Assembly: GCA_965248575.1 (NCBI GenBank) | Contig: CBDFJQ010000002.1 | Span: 1,280,001-1,344,000, forward strand | Source: Planctomycetota bacterium | GTDB lineage: Bacteria > Planctomycetota > B15-G4 | Reading direction: 5' to 3' | Length of the DNA stretch: 64,000 nucleotides | Shown: piece after piece, positions 49,838-60,136 of the stretch | Layout: each line of letters starts with the position of its first letter | How positions within the stretch are numbered: position 1 is the first letter of the stretch | The notes under the pieces: model-generated | What the model saw: only the letters and a program-made list of their open reading frames with translations | What the model was told of the DNA's origin: nothing | The model's database searches: none | Program-made: the position numbers and the translations under genes

Positions 49838-50901
49838 GGCTGGCGGTGCCCCGCAGAACCCACCACCTGAGCCACCTCTCTCGCTGCATCGGGGCGAGCC
49901 AGGCTGCGCGCTCGCTGCGCCATGTCCGGCAAGTGGTCCAGCATGCTCGCCAGGATCTTGACGGCCGTGCGCGTACCAGCTGGGTCTGCGGCGGCCACCA
50001 TGCGCGCGGCTCCCGCGTCGACGAGGGGCTGGCCGTTCCACGCCTGATGGCGATCCGCATGATGCGGGTACGGAATCAGCAGCGCAGGTGTTCCGGTGCA
50101 GGCCAGCTCCGCCGTAGTGCCAGCCCCGGAGCGACAGACGGCCACGTCGGCCAGGCTCCAGGCTGCAGCCATGTCCGAAACAAACGGAATGCAGGCCACG
50201 GGCACAGCCCCGTGGGGCCCCTGCGCCGCGACGGATCCCTGTTGCGGTCCCACCACATGCAGGATCTGCCAGGGCTCGTCGCGCTCGGAGAGCTCGACGC
50301 GGAAGCCTGGCACGAGCTCGTTCAGATCACGTGCCCCCTGGCTTCCGCCGGTGATGAGCAAGGTGAGACGATCCGGATCCAGGCCGAAGACCTCGGCTGC
50401 ATCCCGACGGGAGCAGTCGCCTAGGGACGGCGTCGGCACCCCGGTGACTCTCGTCGAACGGCGCCCGCGGGGCATGGCGGGCCCATCCACTGCGAGGCAA
50501 GCGTGGTCGACACGGCGGGCGAGCAAGCGCTGGACTTTTCCCGGCCGGGCATTGGACTCGATCAGCACCGTGGGACGGGAACCGAGCCGGGACCAAACGG
50601 TTGGCAAGGCGACCCAACCACCCAGCACCACCACCACGTCCGGATCGAAACGACTCAACTCCTTGCGCAGCGTGCGCGTGGCGCGCAACCAGGAACCCAG
50701 GCGATGCAGCCCCGGCCGGCCCCCTCCGCCACCAAACAACGTGCGACTTTCGAACCCGCGAGGTTCAAGCATGGCCTGCTCGACACGGCGGCCAGCCACG
50801 AGAAAGAGGGACTCGTGTCCCGCAGCCCGGAGCACTTCCGCAACACCGATCCCGGGGGCGAGGTGCCCGCCGGTGCCACCGCCTACAAAGGCGACTCTCA
50901 C
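49834..50901 (-). CDS. murG: lipid II N-acetylglucosaminyltransferase
   Basis: GGGTGGH, E.NA.PG, GGSQGA, RSGAGT..E, HQ..N. Confidence 0.95.
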   Translation of the reverse strand: MRVAFVGGGTGGHLAPGIGVAEVLRAAGHESLFLVAGRRVEQAMLEPRGFESRTLFGGGGGRPGLHRLGSWLRATRTLRKELSRFDPDVVVVLGGWVALPTVWSRLGSRPTVLIESNARPGKVQRLLARRVDHACLAVDGPAMPRGRRSTRVTGVPTPSLGDCSRRDAAEVFGLDPDRLTLLITGGSQGARDLNELVPGFRVELSERDEPWQILHVVGPQQGSVAAQGPHGAVPVACIPFVSDMAAAWSLADVAVCRSGAGTTAELACTGTPALLIPYPHHADRHQAWNGQPLVDAGAARMVAAADPAGTRTAVKILASMLDHLPDMAQRARSLARPDAAREVAQVVGSAGHRQP

Positions 50902-51770
50902 CGGCCCGCAACTGGGACGGAAAGCACCATGCCGATCTTCAGGTCGTCAGGGCTGTCGAGCACGCCGCGATTGGCGGCGTAGAGATCGTCCACCAGGCGA
51001 GCACTGCCCAAGAGCTTCTGGGCGATCTGGCCCAGCGTGTCGCCCTGCTTGACCGTGTAGGAGGAGGCGCTCACCTTCGTCTTGGAGCCGGTGCCCGAGG
51101 CGGTCTTCCGAGCGTTCGGCGCGCCCGGTTTCGTACCAGGTGTCGAACCAGGTTTCGTGCCCTGGTCGCGAACCGCAGCCGGCGAGGCAGCAGCCACGAA
51201 GACCTCGTCGCCGGGTCGCATCTTGACGGGATCCAGCTTGGGATTCAGCCGCAGGATCTCCTTCCAGCGCGTCGTCGTACCGTAGTAGATCTTGGAGATG
51301 TGCATCAGGGTCTCGCCCTTGGCGACGACATGCACAGCGGAACCGTCCGCATTCTTGGCCCGGGAGCCGAGCGAAGTCCGGTCTCCTGGATAACGCAGTG
51401 GCGGCTCGGTGAAGTCGAAAGCCCCCACGCCATCCGCCGGAGAGCGCACCCGGTAGTGGGCCGCCCGCTGCTCGGGCCCTGTCGAACCCTGTCCGGCGAG
51501 CTGGGCGGCCTCCGAAGCGTCGCTACCGCGGAAGGTGTCCAACAGCGAATCCGTCAGCGAGCGCTGCCGTTCCCGGTTCTTGCCGTCCCCGCGGCCGCCA
51601 CCCGCAGGAACGCCTGCCGTGAGGGGCACGTCGGATGCGGAGCGGATGATGACTGCCTGCCTCAACCCTCCCGGATGTTCCTCCTCGGCTGGCTCGTAGA
51701 ACAGGATCAGGCCTAGCACCCCCAGCACGAAGACCAGGGCGAAGACACCGTATTTCTCAACATCAGACAT
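50898..51770 (-). CDS. bitopic membrane protein with two LysM domains
   Basis: N-terminal TM helix, HVVAKGETLMHISKIYYG...I...N and YTVKQGDTLGQIAQK...LY.AN...L.IG..L.VP. Confidence 0.9.
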   Translation of the reverse strand: MSDVEKYGVFALVFVLGVLGLILFYEPAEEEHPGGLRQAVIIRSASDVPLTAGVPAGGGRGDGKNRERQRSLTDSLLDTFRGSDASEAAQLAGQGSTGPEQRAAHYRVRSPADGVGAFDFTEPPLRYPGDRTSLGSRAKNADGSAVHVVAKGETLMHISKIYYGTTTRWKEILRLNPKLDPVKMRPGDEVFVAAASPAAVRDQGTKPGSTPGTKPGAPNARKTASGTGSKTKVSASSYTVKQGDTLGQIAQKLLGSARLVDDLYAANRGVLDSPDDLKIGMVLSVPVAGR

Positions 51771-51794
51771 AGAAGGACTCCCCGCGCAACCCAG

Positions 51795-52955
51795 TCAGCC
51801 TCTATTCGAAGCGGGTTGGGAACCGACGCGTTTGAACTGCGAACCACCGACTGGATCTTCCTCCGGCCAGCGGGCCAAACCAAGAAACAATCCCAGAGAG
51901 ATCGAGAGCATCAACACCGAGGTGCCACCCGCGCTCACGAGCGGCAACGGAAGGCCCTTGGGTGGCGCCACCGCCGTGACGACGGCGATGTTGAGCAGGG
52001 CCTGGACCAGGATCTGGAACAGCAAGCCTGAACCGACTACCAGGCCGAACAGGGTGCGCATGCCCAAAAGCAAACGCACTCCGTGCCAAAGAAGCATGCC
52101 GTACAACGAAACCAGCAACAGCACACCAAAGAACCCGAGCTCTTCGCCCACGACGGACAGGATGAAGTCGTTCTCGGCCTCAGGCACATAGCCCCATTTG
52201 CCCAGTCCAGCCCCCACCCCCACGCCGGTCCACCCTCCTCGCCCCAGAGCCGTGAGGCTCTGCCAGACCTGGCTGCCTGTCTCCGGATCCCGGAAGTTGG
52301 CGAAGCGCTTGCTGATGTGGGCGAAGTGCTCCCAGCCGTAGGCCAAGGCCGTCCCCAGGCCCAGCATGAAGCTGACCACGAGATGCTTCGGCTGCGCACC
52401 TCCGACCCAAAGCACGACCACGCCCATGAACAACAGGTAGACCGTCGAACCGAAGTCGGGCTCCATGAGCACGAGCACAGCCGGGAGGCCGGCCAGGATC
52501 GACGGCACCAGGATCCCGGTCCTGTATCCGCGCATGCCTTCTCGGCAGCGCGCAGCCCAGGCGCCGATCACCAGGATCACTGCAACTCGCGCAAACTCGG
52601 AGGGCTGGAAGTTGAGCATGCCGAGGTCCAGCCAGCGCTGCGCCCCCTTCACGGTGATGCCCACCACGAGCACCGCGCTCAGGAGCCCCAGCGCGGCCAA
52701 CCAGGCCGGCAGCGCCGCCAAGAACATCCATTTGGGTTTCACGCGGGTCGCCAACACGAAGGCAACCAGGGCCACCGCCACCTTCAGCAGATGCGAGGTC
52801 AGCATCACCAGCTGCTCGCCGCGCTGAGATTCCTGCACCGACGAGGCAGAGGCCACCATCACGATGCCGAAACCAAGCAGCCCCAACATGGCCACCACCA
52901 GCCAACGGCTGCTCGAGAGCATGGTTTCGCGGGAGGTGTAGCTCAGGCTCTGCAT
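51795..52955 (-). CDS. ftsW: SEDS peptidoglycan polymerase FtsW
   Basis: GAQRWL, FQPSEF, EPDFG, PEAENDFI..V.GEELG, KGLPLPLVS.GG, and position in the dcw cluster. Confidence 0.93.
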   Translation of the reverse strand: MQSLSYTSRETMLSSSRWLVVAMLGLLGFGIVMVASASSVQESQRGEQLVMLTSHLLKVAVALVAFVLATRVKPKWMFLAALPAWLAALGLLSAVLVVGITVKGAQRWLDLGMLNFQPSEFARVAVILVIGAWAARCREGMRGYRTGILVPSILAGLPAVLVLMEPDFGSTVYLLFMGVVVLWVGGAQPKHLVVSFMLGLGTALAYGWEHFAHISKRFANFRDPETGSQVWQSLTALGRGGWTGVGVGAGLGKWGYVPEAENDFILSVVGEELGFFGVLLLVSLYGMLLWHGVRLLLGMRTLFGLVVGSGLLFQILVQALLNIAVVTAVAPPKGLPLPLVSAGGTSVLMLSISLGLFLGLARWPEEDPVGGSQFKRVGSQPASNRG

Positions 52956-52981
52956 GGGTTCGGTCGCCGACTCACTCCCAG

Positions 52982-54097
52982 CTAGACAACGGCCAGACTT
53001 GCGAAGCCGGCTGCAGCACACAGCACGGCCATGATCCAGAAACGGATGACGATGCGCGTCTCAGGGACTCCTTGGAACTGAAGGTGATGGTGGTAGGGCG
53101 CACAGCGGAACATGCGCTTGCCGCCGGTCAACTTGAACGTGCCCACCTGCAGGATCACGGAGAGGGCCTCCCAGACGAACACGCCGCCAATGATGACCAG
53201 CACCAGTTCGAGCTTGAGCACCACGGCGACGTAGCCCAGCAGGCTGCCCAGGGGCAACGAACCCGTGTCGCCCATGTAGACCATGGCAGGCGCTGCGTTG
53301 AACCACAGGAAGCCCAGGGTCGCGCCCACCATGGACGTGCAGAAGACGGTCATCTCCTGGCTGCGGGGCACGTACAGCAGGTCGAGCTCCAGGGTCTCGG
53401 CACGACCGACCGCCACGGCCAGTACGCCCATGGAGAGCGCCGCAACGACCATCGACCCCGGAGCCAGTCCGTCCATGCCGTCCGTCAGGTTCACGGCATT
53501 GCTGGTGCCGGTCACCACGAGCATCACCAGCAGCATGTGGGGAAAGCCGCCCCAACCCGACAGCGGCAGGACCTGGCCTTCGGTGAAGGGGATCCGCAAG
53601 GCGAGCAACTCCGGGATGCCTTGCTCCTGGAAGATGCGCGTGATGACGAAGGCGAGGCTCGCAGCGACCAGGGCTTGCAGCGTGTACTTGCTTGCGGCCT
53701 GCAGCCCCTTGCGTCCCGGGTGCGTGAGCTTGATCCAGTCGTCGATGAACCCGATGAAGCCGTAACCCAGGGTGGAGAGGATCGCCAGCATCACGTAGGA
53801 GTTGGTGAGGTCGCCGAACAGCACACCGGACACCAGTACCGCCATGACGATCATCACGCCCCCCATGGTGGGCGTCGGTGCCTTCTTGGCGTTGATCTTG
53901 TTGAGCGTCTCGCTCTCGGTGTCGACCTGCTTCTCGATCCATTGCTTGCGCTGCAGGGCGCGGATCAACGGTGGGCCCAACAGCAGCGCCACCACGAATG
54001 CCAGCACGGCGCCCAGGGCTGAACGAACCGCCAGCGAACTCAGGTTCCCCAGGGGCCCCCACAGTTCACGCAGCTCGTCCAGGAAATGAAGGATCAT
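52982..54097 (-). CDS. mraY: phospho-N-acetylmuramoyl-pentapeptide transferase
   Basis: TPTMGG, GFIDD, NAVNLTDGMDGLA, FLWFN, YMGDTGSL, AP.HHH. Confidence 0.97.
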   Translation of the reverse strand: MILHFLDELRELWGPLGNLSSLAVRSALGAVLAFVVALLLGPPLIRALQRKQWIEKQVDTESETLNKINAKKAPTPTMGGVMIVMAVLVSGVLFGDLTNSYVMLAILSTLGYGFIGFIDDWIKLTHPGRKGLQAASKYTLQALVAASLAFVITRIFQEQGIPELLALRIPFTEGQVLPLSGWGGFPHMLLVMLVVTGTSNAVNLTDGMDGLAPGSMVVAALSMGVLAVAVGRAETLELDLLYVPRSQEMTVFCTSMVGATLGFLWFNAAPAMVYMGDTGSLPLGSLLGYVAVVLKLELVLVIIGGVFVWEALSVILQVGTFKLTGGKRMFRCAPYHHHLQFQGVPETRIVIRFWIMAVLCAAAGFASLAVV

Positions 54098-55479
54098 GAC
54101 ACTGCGGTGGCTTCGGTGTTGAGGTCACGGACCAAGGCGTCGAGGGCCATCCCACGGGAGCCCTTGACCAACACGACATCACCGGGAACCAGCGCGCGCT
54201 CGAGCACCTCCACGGCGCAGTCTCGATCGCTGCAGGCCACGCAGGAGTCTGCGTCGACGCCGGATTCGATGGCCCCCTGAACGATGTCCTTGGCGTGGAT
54301 GCCCACGGCCACGAGCAGCTCGGGGCCTGCGGCAGCAAGAGTCCGGCCCGCGGCCCGATGAAGGCTCGCGGCGCGCGGCCCGAGCTCCAGCATGTCCCCC
54401 ACCACGAACACGCGACGCCCCCCGAGGCCCACTTCGTTGAGGGTGGCGGCCGCCGCCGCCAGCGACCCCGGGTTGGCGTTGTAGCTGTCGTCCAGCACGG
54501 TCAGCTTGCCCAGCTTGCGCAGCTGCAAGCGTCCGGGCGGAGGCGGAACCGTTGCGAGGGCTTCTGCGGCCCGCACCGGGTCGACGCCCGACAGGCGCGC
54601 CACGGCCAGGGCCGCCAACGCGTTGAGCACCGAGTGCCGCCCGAGGTGTGCCAACTGCACGACACGTCCATCATTCACGCGGAAACTCGTCCCATTGGCC
54701 GCGCAACGCACATCCAAGGCATGCAAATCCGCAGCGGGGTCGACGCCGAAGCTGATCACCTCGCCCGGTGCCCGCTCTCGCAAGCTGTCGAAGCTGGGGT
54801 CATCCCGGTTCAGCACGGCCGCCTTGCGACCTGTGAGCCCATCCAGGAGCGAACTCTTTTCCTTCAGGACACCCTCGAGATCGTGCAGGCCAGCCAGGTG
54901 CCCTGCATGGACGTTCGTGATCACCGCCACCTCGGGCTTCACCAACTTGGCCAGCTGGCGGATCTCACCCGGCGCATTGCTGCCCACCTCCACCACGACG
55001 GCTTCGGTCTTGGGTTCGATGTCCAGCAGGGTGATCGGCACGCCGATGGCGTTGTTGAAGCTCTGACGGGAGGCAACCGTTCGCCGATCGCATCCCAGGG
55101 CGGCAGCCGTGAGGTCCTTGGTTCCGGTCTTGCCGTTGGTCCCCGTCACCGCCACCACCAGGGGGTCCTTGTGGTCCTTGGCCCTTACGCGAATGGCGCG
55201 CCCCAGCTGCCCGAAGGCCTTCAAGGTGTCCTTGACCACGATGGCTGGTTGGACCGCCAGTTTCTTGCGATGCACGAGGACGGCAACGGCGCCTGAGCGC
55301 ATCGCCTGCTCTGCGTACTCATGGCCGTCGAATCGATCGCCTACGAGGCACACGAAGAGGTCGCCAGCCTGAACGTGCCGGCTGTCGGTCACGACCCGCT
55401 TCACCTTCAGGCTTGCCCGACCGCCCTCGCGACGACCCTTCAGCATGCTGCACAGCGTGTCGAGGCTCAGAGTTTCCAC
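54094..55479 (-). CDS. murF: UDP-MurNAc-tripeptide--D-Ala-D-Ala ligase
   Basis: TDSR, FDGH, TGTNGKT.TK, FNNAIGVP.T, DDSYNANP, GDMLELG, VKGSRG. GGAGA before GTG 55479. Confidence 0.95.
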   Translation of the reverse strand: METLSLDTLCSMLKGRREGGRASLKVKRVVTDSRHVQAGDLFVCLVGDRFDGHEYAEQAMRSGAVAVLVHRKKLAVQPAIVVKDTLKAFGQLGRAIRVRAKDHKDPLVVAVTGTNGKTGTKDLTAAALGCDRRTVASRQSFNNAIGVPITLLDIEPKTEAVVVEVGSNAPGEIRQLAKLVKPEVAVITNVHAGHLAGLHDLEGVLKEKSSLLDGLTGRKAAVLNRDDPSFDSLRERAPGEVISFGVDPAADLHALDVRCAANGTSFRVNDGRVVQLAHLGRHSVLNALAALAVARLSGVDPVRAAEALATVPPPPGRLQLRKLGKLTVLDDSYNANPGSLAAAAATLNEVGLGGRRVFVVGDMLELGPRAASLHRAAGRTLAAAGPELLVAVGIHAKDIVQGAIESGVDADSCVACSDRDCAVEVLERALVPGDVVLVKGSRGMALDALVRDLNTEATAVS

Positions 55480-57017
55480 AGTGTCTCCCGTACGACCTGA
55501 CAATCATCGAATGCCAACACCTGTTCACCCACCGTCTGGGTGGTCTCGTGGCCCTTCCCGGCGACCAGCACGATGTCGCCGCCTCGTGCTGCTGTGCAGG
55601 CAGCCTCGATGGCTTCACGCCGATCCACCAGACTCGCCAGCTCTGCCGTCGACGCTGCGGGCACACCGGCGACCACCTGCTCGACGATCCCTGCAGGGGG
55701 CTCCGAGCGAGGGTTGTCCGAAGTCACGAAGAGCGAATCGGCCCAGCGCGCAGCGGCCGCCCCCATCAACGGGCGCTTGCCGACGTCCCGGTCGCCCCCG
55801 CAGCCGAAGACGACGTGCAGCTTGCCCCTGGTGAGGTTTCGCAACTGCGCCAAGACCTTGTCGAGCGCGTCGGGTGTGTGGGCGTAGTCGACGAAAACCC
55901 GGAAGTCCTGTCCGCACTCCACCGGTTCCAGTCGACCGGGAACCGGTTCCATGCTCGTCAGGCCGGTGCGGATCGCCGTCGGCGACAGGCCCAGCGCCAG
56001 GGCCGCAGCGGCGGCCGCCAAGGCGTTGGACACGTTGTGCTTGCCCACGAGCCGCGTGTTGAGCGGCAACACGAGATCGCGCGCGGGGTCCACGAGCCGG
56101 AAGGCTGCCCCGTGTGCGTCCGCGCGATCCATGATCGCGCGCATGCGTGCGCCTTCACCAAAGCCGAACCGAACCACCGAGGCTGCCGTGCGCTCGGCAA
56201 GCGTCGGCGTCCAGCTGTCCTCGGCGTTCAGGATGGCGGTTGCCTCTGGGCCCAGCCCGTCGAACAGACGCGCCTTGGCGTGGCCGTAGGCATCCATGTC
56301 GCCGTGGTAGTCCAGGTGGTCCTGGCTCAGATTGGTGAACACCCCGACGTCGAACTCCACGCCGCGCACGCGATGCTGCATGAGAGCATGGGAGCTCACC
56401 TCCATCACGACGGAGGAGAGATTCTCATCGACCATCTGCGCCATCAGACGCTGCACTTCCAGGGCATCAGGTGTCGTGTTGGCCAGCGCTTCGTAACGTT
56501 TGCCAACCCACGCGCCCAGGGTGCCGATCAGCCCGCTGTCGCGCCCGTCCATCGTGAGCATCGCGCGCAACATGCAGGCCACGGTCGTCTTGCCGTTGGT
56601 CCCGGTGATCCCCACCACATCGAGGCGGCGACTGGGATGACGGTAGAACTCGGCAGCGACGAGAGCCTTGGCCAGGGGGACGTCAGACGCGCCGACGAAG
56701 CCGACCCCCGCCGGCAATTCCGGCCGGTGGGCAGCCAGCACGGCGGCGGCACCCCGCTCCACGGCCTGGGCCACGTGGCTGAGCCCATCGTCCATGCCCT
56801 GGGCGGTCACACCCACGGCTCCTCTCACTGCACCCGGCACTGCACCCGGCACTGCACTAGGCGTCGCCACGAACAGGTCGCCCTTGCGGGTGGTCCTGCT
56901 GTCGGACGACAGACCGCTGACCACACAGTCGGGACCGCTGACCGAGACGTCCGGCAGGACGCCCAGCAGAGGCTGAGCCAGTTGATGGAGGGGGAGGCGA
57001 TTCACGCTGTGCTTCAT
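55467..57017 (-). CDS. murE: UDP-MurNAc-dipeptide--2,6-diaminopimelate ligase
   Basis: GITGTNGKTT, NTTPD, MEVSSH, FTNLSQDHLDYH, VDYAHTPD, GCGGDRD, DNPR (meso-DAP-type motif), AGKGHE. Confidence 0.96.
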   Translation of the reverse strand: MKHSVNRLPLHQLAQPLLGVLPDVSVSGPDCVVSGLSSDSRTTRKGDLFVATPSAVPGAVPGAVRGAVGVTAQGMDDGLSHVAQAVERGAAAVLAAHRPELPAGVGFVGASDVPLAKALVAAEFYRHPSRRLDVVGITGTNGKTTVACMLRAMLTMDGRDSGLIGTLGAWVGKRYEALANTTPDALEVQRLMAQMVDENLSSVVMEVSSHALMQHRVRGVEFDVGVFTNLSQDHLDYHGDMDAYGHAKARLFDGLGPEATAILNAEDSWTPTLAERTAASVVRFGFGEGARMRAIMDRADAHGAAFRLVDPARDLVLPLNTRLVGKHNVSNALAAAAAALALGLSPTAIRTGLTSMEPVPGRLEPVECGQDFRVFVDYAHTPDALDKVLAQLRNLTRGKLHVVFGCGGDRDVGKRPLMGAAAARWADSLFVTSDNPRSEPPAGIVEQVVAGVPAASTAELASLVDRREAIEAACTAARGGDIVLVAGKGHETTQTVGEQVLAFDDCQVVRETLWKL

Positions 57018-57058
57018 TAGGCGGCGAAAAATCGCCGAATCAAGGGTCCGCACAGGTC

Positions 57059-58795
57059 CTATTCCCCTTCTTCGAGTGGAATACCCATGTAGGGCAGCAG
57101 TCTCATGAGCATGGCTCCGGCCGCCGGGGCGGCGCTCTCGCTGGCATAGCGCACGCCTTGCGGCTCCCGAACCACCACAACCAGGGTGACGACCGGCTTC
57201 TCGCTGGGAGCCAGCGCGAGGTAGCTGTGCACCTCCGCTCCGGGCTTGTTCTCGCACTGAGCCGTGCCAGTCTTGCCGGCCACCCGGACGCCGGGGAGCT
57301 TCATGCTTTCGCAGCTCCCCTCGTCCACGGAGCGGGCCATGTACTGGCGGACCTGGCGCACGATGTCCGGCTGGAACACATGGGTCCTGGGGCCCTCGGA
57401 GATGCCGCCAACCTCTCCCGAGGCGTCCGTGCAGGCCGCAACGAGCCGCGGAGGCCGATACAGCCCGTCGTACAGAGAGCTTGCGGCCGCAGCCATTTGG
57501 ACCGCTGACACCCCTAGCTCCTGGCCGAAAGCCACCGAGGCCAAGGTGTAGGTTCGCGTCCAATCCGACCACTTCGTGACCAGGCCGGAGGCCTCAGCTG
57601 GCACGGGCAATCCCGTCTTCCGCCCCAGACCCAGATGCTCGAAGATCTCCTGCAGGGGGCGCATGGCGGCCGAGTCCGATGGTCGGTCCGCTGGCACCAG
57701 GCGGGTCAGGATGTTGGCCATGCCGATGTTGCTGGAGTGAACGATGATCTCCTCGACGCTCAGGGGCTCGCTCTTGGGGTGCGTGTCCCGAATCCGCCGA
57801 GGCCCGTTGAAGGCCCGGCAGTCCACGGGAGGGCCTTCCGGATCCACGAGCCCTAGCTCCATGGCCGCCGCCATCATGAGCGGCTTGAAGGTCGAGCCCG
57901 GGGGGTAGACCTCCTGCAGGGCAGCGCAAACGCTGCCGTCCTGCGGACGGTCCTGCCGATCCGAGAGGTCGATGCCCGGGACCGAACACATCGCCAGGAC
58001 ATCCCCCGACGACGGCTCCATGGCGACCACCGTGACGCTGACCGCTCCCGTCCTGGCCCGGGCAGCCAGAGCCTCCTCCTCCACGATCTGCTGGATTCGG
58101 GCGTCCAAGGTAAGGGTCACGTCCATGCCGTCGACGGCTGGCACCTGAATGGCGGTCCGATCCGAGACCTCCCGCCCGAGGTGATCCACGCGGTAACGGC
58201 GCACCCCATCGGCGCCCCGTAGCAGGTCGTCGAGCCCGGCCTCCAGGCCGGCCACGCCGACGCCTTCATGGTTCACGTAACCAATGAGGTTGCCCGCGGC
58301 GCTCCCCCAGGGATAACGCCGCGTGTATCCGGACACGAAGTCCAAGCCGTAGAGCAGGCCACGTCGTTCGGCTTCCAGGGTGTCCAGGTCGAGGGGATCC
58401 TGGATCGGTTCACCGAGAACGGTCCACTTGCTTCCGGAGAGGCGGCGCTCCAGTTCCCGCGGGTCCGATCGGACGAGCGGCGCCAGGAAGGCTGCCGCGT
58501 CGGAGACCAGGTCCGCTTGCTCCTCCAAGGTCTTGGCACGCCGCAGGAAGTTGCGCGGCAAGACCTCGGCTCTCAAGGTCTGGACGGAGCTCGCGAGCAC
58601 ACGACCGTGGCGATCGAGAAGTGCGCCGCGGCAGGCCTCCACATCGGCCATGCGATTGGACTGGCGGTCCATGCGTGCCTCGGACTGTTCCTGTGTCCCC
58701 ACCGTCAACCACGCCAGTCGCCCGGTGAGGGCGAGCACACCGAGAAAGAGGAAGACGCCGAACACGAGTACGAAATGCCGGGCACGCTGCATCAT
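57059..58795 (-). CDS. ftsI: class B penicillin-binding protein (FtsI-like)
   Basis: N-terminal TM helix, RG...DR.G, R.YP.G, catalytic STFK, SSN, KTG. Confidence 0.9.
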   Translation of the reverse strand: MMQRARHFVLVFGVFLFLGVLALTGRLAWLTVGTQEQSEARMDRQSNRMADVEACRGALLDRHGRVLASSVQTLRAEVLPRNFLRRAKTLEEQADLVSDAAAFLAPLVRSDPRELERRLSGSKWTVLGEPIQDPLDLDTLEAERRGLLYGLDFVSGYTRRYPWGSAAGNLIGYVNHEGVGVAGLEAGLDDLLRGADGVRRYRVDHLGREVSDRTAIQVPAVDGMDVTLTLDARIQQIVEEEALAARARTGAVSVTVVAMEPSSGDVLAMCSVPGIDLSDRQDRPQDGSVCAALQEVYPPGSTFKPLMMAAAMELGLVDPEGPPVDCRAFNGPRRIRDTHPKSEPLSVEEIIVHSSNIGMANILTRLVPADRPSDSAAMRPLQEIFEHLGLGRKTGLPVPAEASGLVTKWSDWTRTYTLASVAFGQELGVSAVQMAAAASSLYDGLYRPPRLVAACTDASGEVGGISEGPRTHVFQPDIVRQVRQYMARSVDEGSCESMKLPGVRVAGKTGTAQCENKPGAEVHSYLALAPSEKPVVTLVVVVREPQGVRYASESAAPAAGAMLMRLLPYMGIPLEEGE

Positions 58796-58930
58796 CTGAA
58801 TGTCTCCCCGATGTTCATCAAGGTGCTGTTGTCCTCACGGTGTTTGCCTCACGTTGGCCGCACTGGCCCACGACTTGTCCCAACGTCCGCACCACCCAGC
58901 TCCCGAAGGAGCCCACGACGGCGGGTCGGA

Positions 58931-59233
58931 TCAATCCTGCAGCGAGCTTGTGTGCCCGCCGGCTTGCTTGAGGTCCTGATCGAAGAACACCGGGAGCTCG
59001 GCAACATCTTGAAAGGCCGCGAAGCGGGAAAGGATGTCGGCATCCACTGCACGCACCCTGCGCTCGACACTTCGCTGCTCTGCCTCGCACTCCGCCAAGA
59101 CATAACCCTCTCCCACGGTGCGTGCTCGCACGACGCAGGTGAACACCGAGAGCCCCAGCAAACCCACCGCGGACAGGCCTGCGAGCCAGGCGCCGTCGCG
59201 GCGATGAACCGTTAGTTCATACTGTGTGTGCAT
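58931..59233 (-). CDS. FtsL-like small bitopic coiled-coil protein
   Basis: 100 aa with a short N-tail, a TM helix and a heptad segment. Sits between rsmH and ftsI, where ftsL normally lies. Confidence 0.6.
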   Translation of the reverse strand: MHTQYELTVHRRDGAWLAGLSAVGLLGLSVFTCVVRARTVGEGYVLAECEAEQRSVERRVRAVDADILSRFAAFQDVAELPVFFDQDLKQAGGHTSSLQD

Positions 59234-59234
59234 C

Positions 59235-60110
59235 TCAGGCCCGTCTCAGAACCCGGAGCCGTGCGCTGCGGCTGCGCCGGTTCTTGCGTTGCTCAGCCAT
59301 GGTGGCGCTGACGGCCTTGCGGGTGACGAGCTCACCCATGTCTGCCGCGGCCGCCCCCCGGAAGAAGGCCTTCACGAAACGGTCTTCGCCCGAGTGAAAG
59401 GAGATGCAGGCGATGGTCCCGCCGGGTTTCACCAGCTGCAGGGCCAACGGCAACGTCCGCTCGAGCAAGGCGCGTTCGTCGTTGACCAGCATGCGGATGG
59501 CCTGGAAGGTGCGCGTCGCGGGGTGGATCTTCCCGCCGCGTCGCCGCAGGGCCTGCTCGACCACTTCGCGCAGGTCGCCGGTCGTGCGGAATGGCCGTGC
59601 ACGACGACGATCAGTGATCGCACGTGCGATCCGACGCGCCCGGGGCTCGCCCCCGAGTTCGCGCAATGCCTGCTCGAGATCTTCTTCTCTGAGCGTGTTG
59701 ACGAAGTCGGCAGCGGTCTGACCGGTTGTCTGGTCCATGCGCATGTCGAGGTAGGCATCCTGACGAAGGGTGAAGCCCCGCTCAGCTTCGTCCAACTGCA
59801 TGGACGACACCCCCAGGTCCATGAGGATGCTATCGGGCCGGACACCTCGACGCGCGAGTTCGCGCAAGCACCACTCACTGTCTCCGTGCAGGTAGTTGAC
59901 CCGCTCGGAATAGCGCGCCAGGTTGATCTCAGCGAGCGCCAGCGCCTCGGTGTCGCGGTCGCAGGCGTGCACGCGTCCTTCGGGAATCGTGGCCTCCAGA
60001 AACGCCGCCGCATGTCCGCCTGCGCCCACTGTGAGATCCACGAGCACACGGCCCGAGGACGCACCGATGAGTTGCAGCACCTCCCCCGCCATCACGGGAA
60101 TGTGACTCAT
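59235..60110 (-). CDS. rsmH: 16S rRNA m4C1402 methyltransferase RsmH (MraW)
   Basis: HIPVM, D.T.G.GGH, DLGVSSMQLD, LDMRM, HPATRTFQAIR, ISFHSGEDR, RSRSARLR. Confidence 0.97.
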   Translation of the reverse strand: MSHIPVMAGEVLQLIGASSGRVLVDLTVGAGGHAAAFLEATIPEGRVHACDRDTEALALAEINLARYSERVNYLHGDSEWCLRELARRGVRPDSILMDLGVSSMQLDEAERGFTLRQDAYLDMRMDQTTGQTAADFVNTLREEDLEQALRELGGEPRARRIARAITDRRRARPFRTTGDLREVVEQALRRRGGKIHPATRTFQAIRMLVNDERALLERTLPLALQLVKPGGTIACISFHSGEDRFVKAFFRGAAAADMGELVTRKAVSATMAEQRKNRRSRSARLRVLRRA

Positions 60111-60136
60111 CGGTGCCTCCATCGAGACCTTCCACA

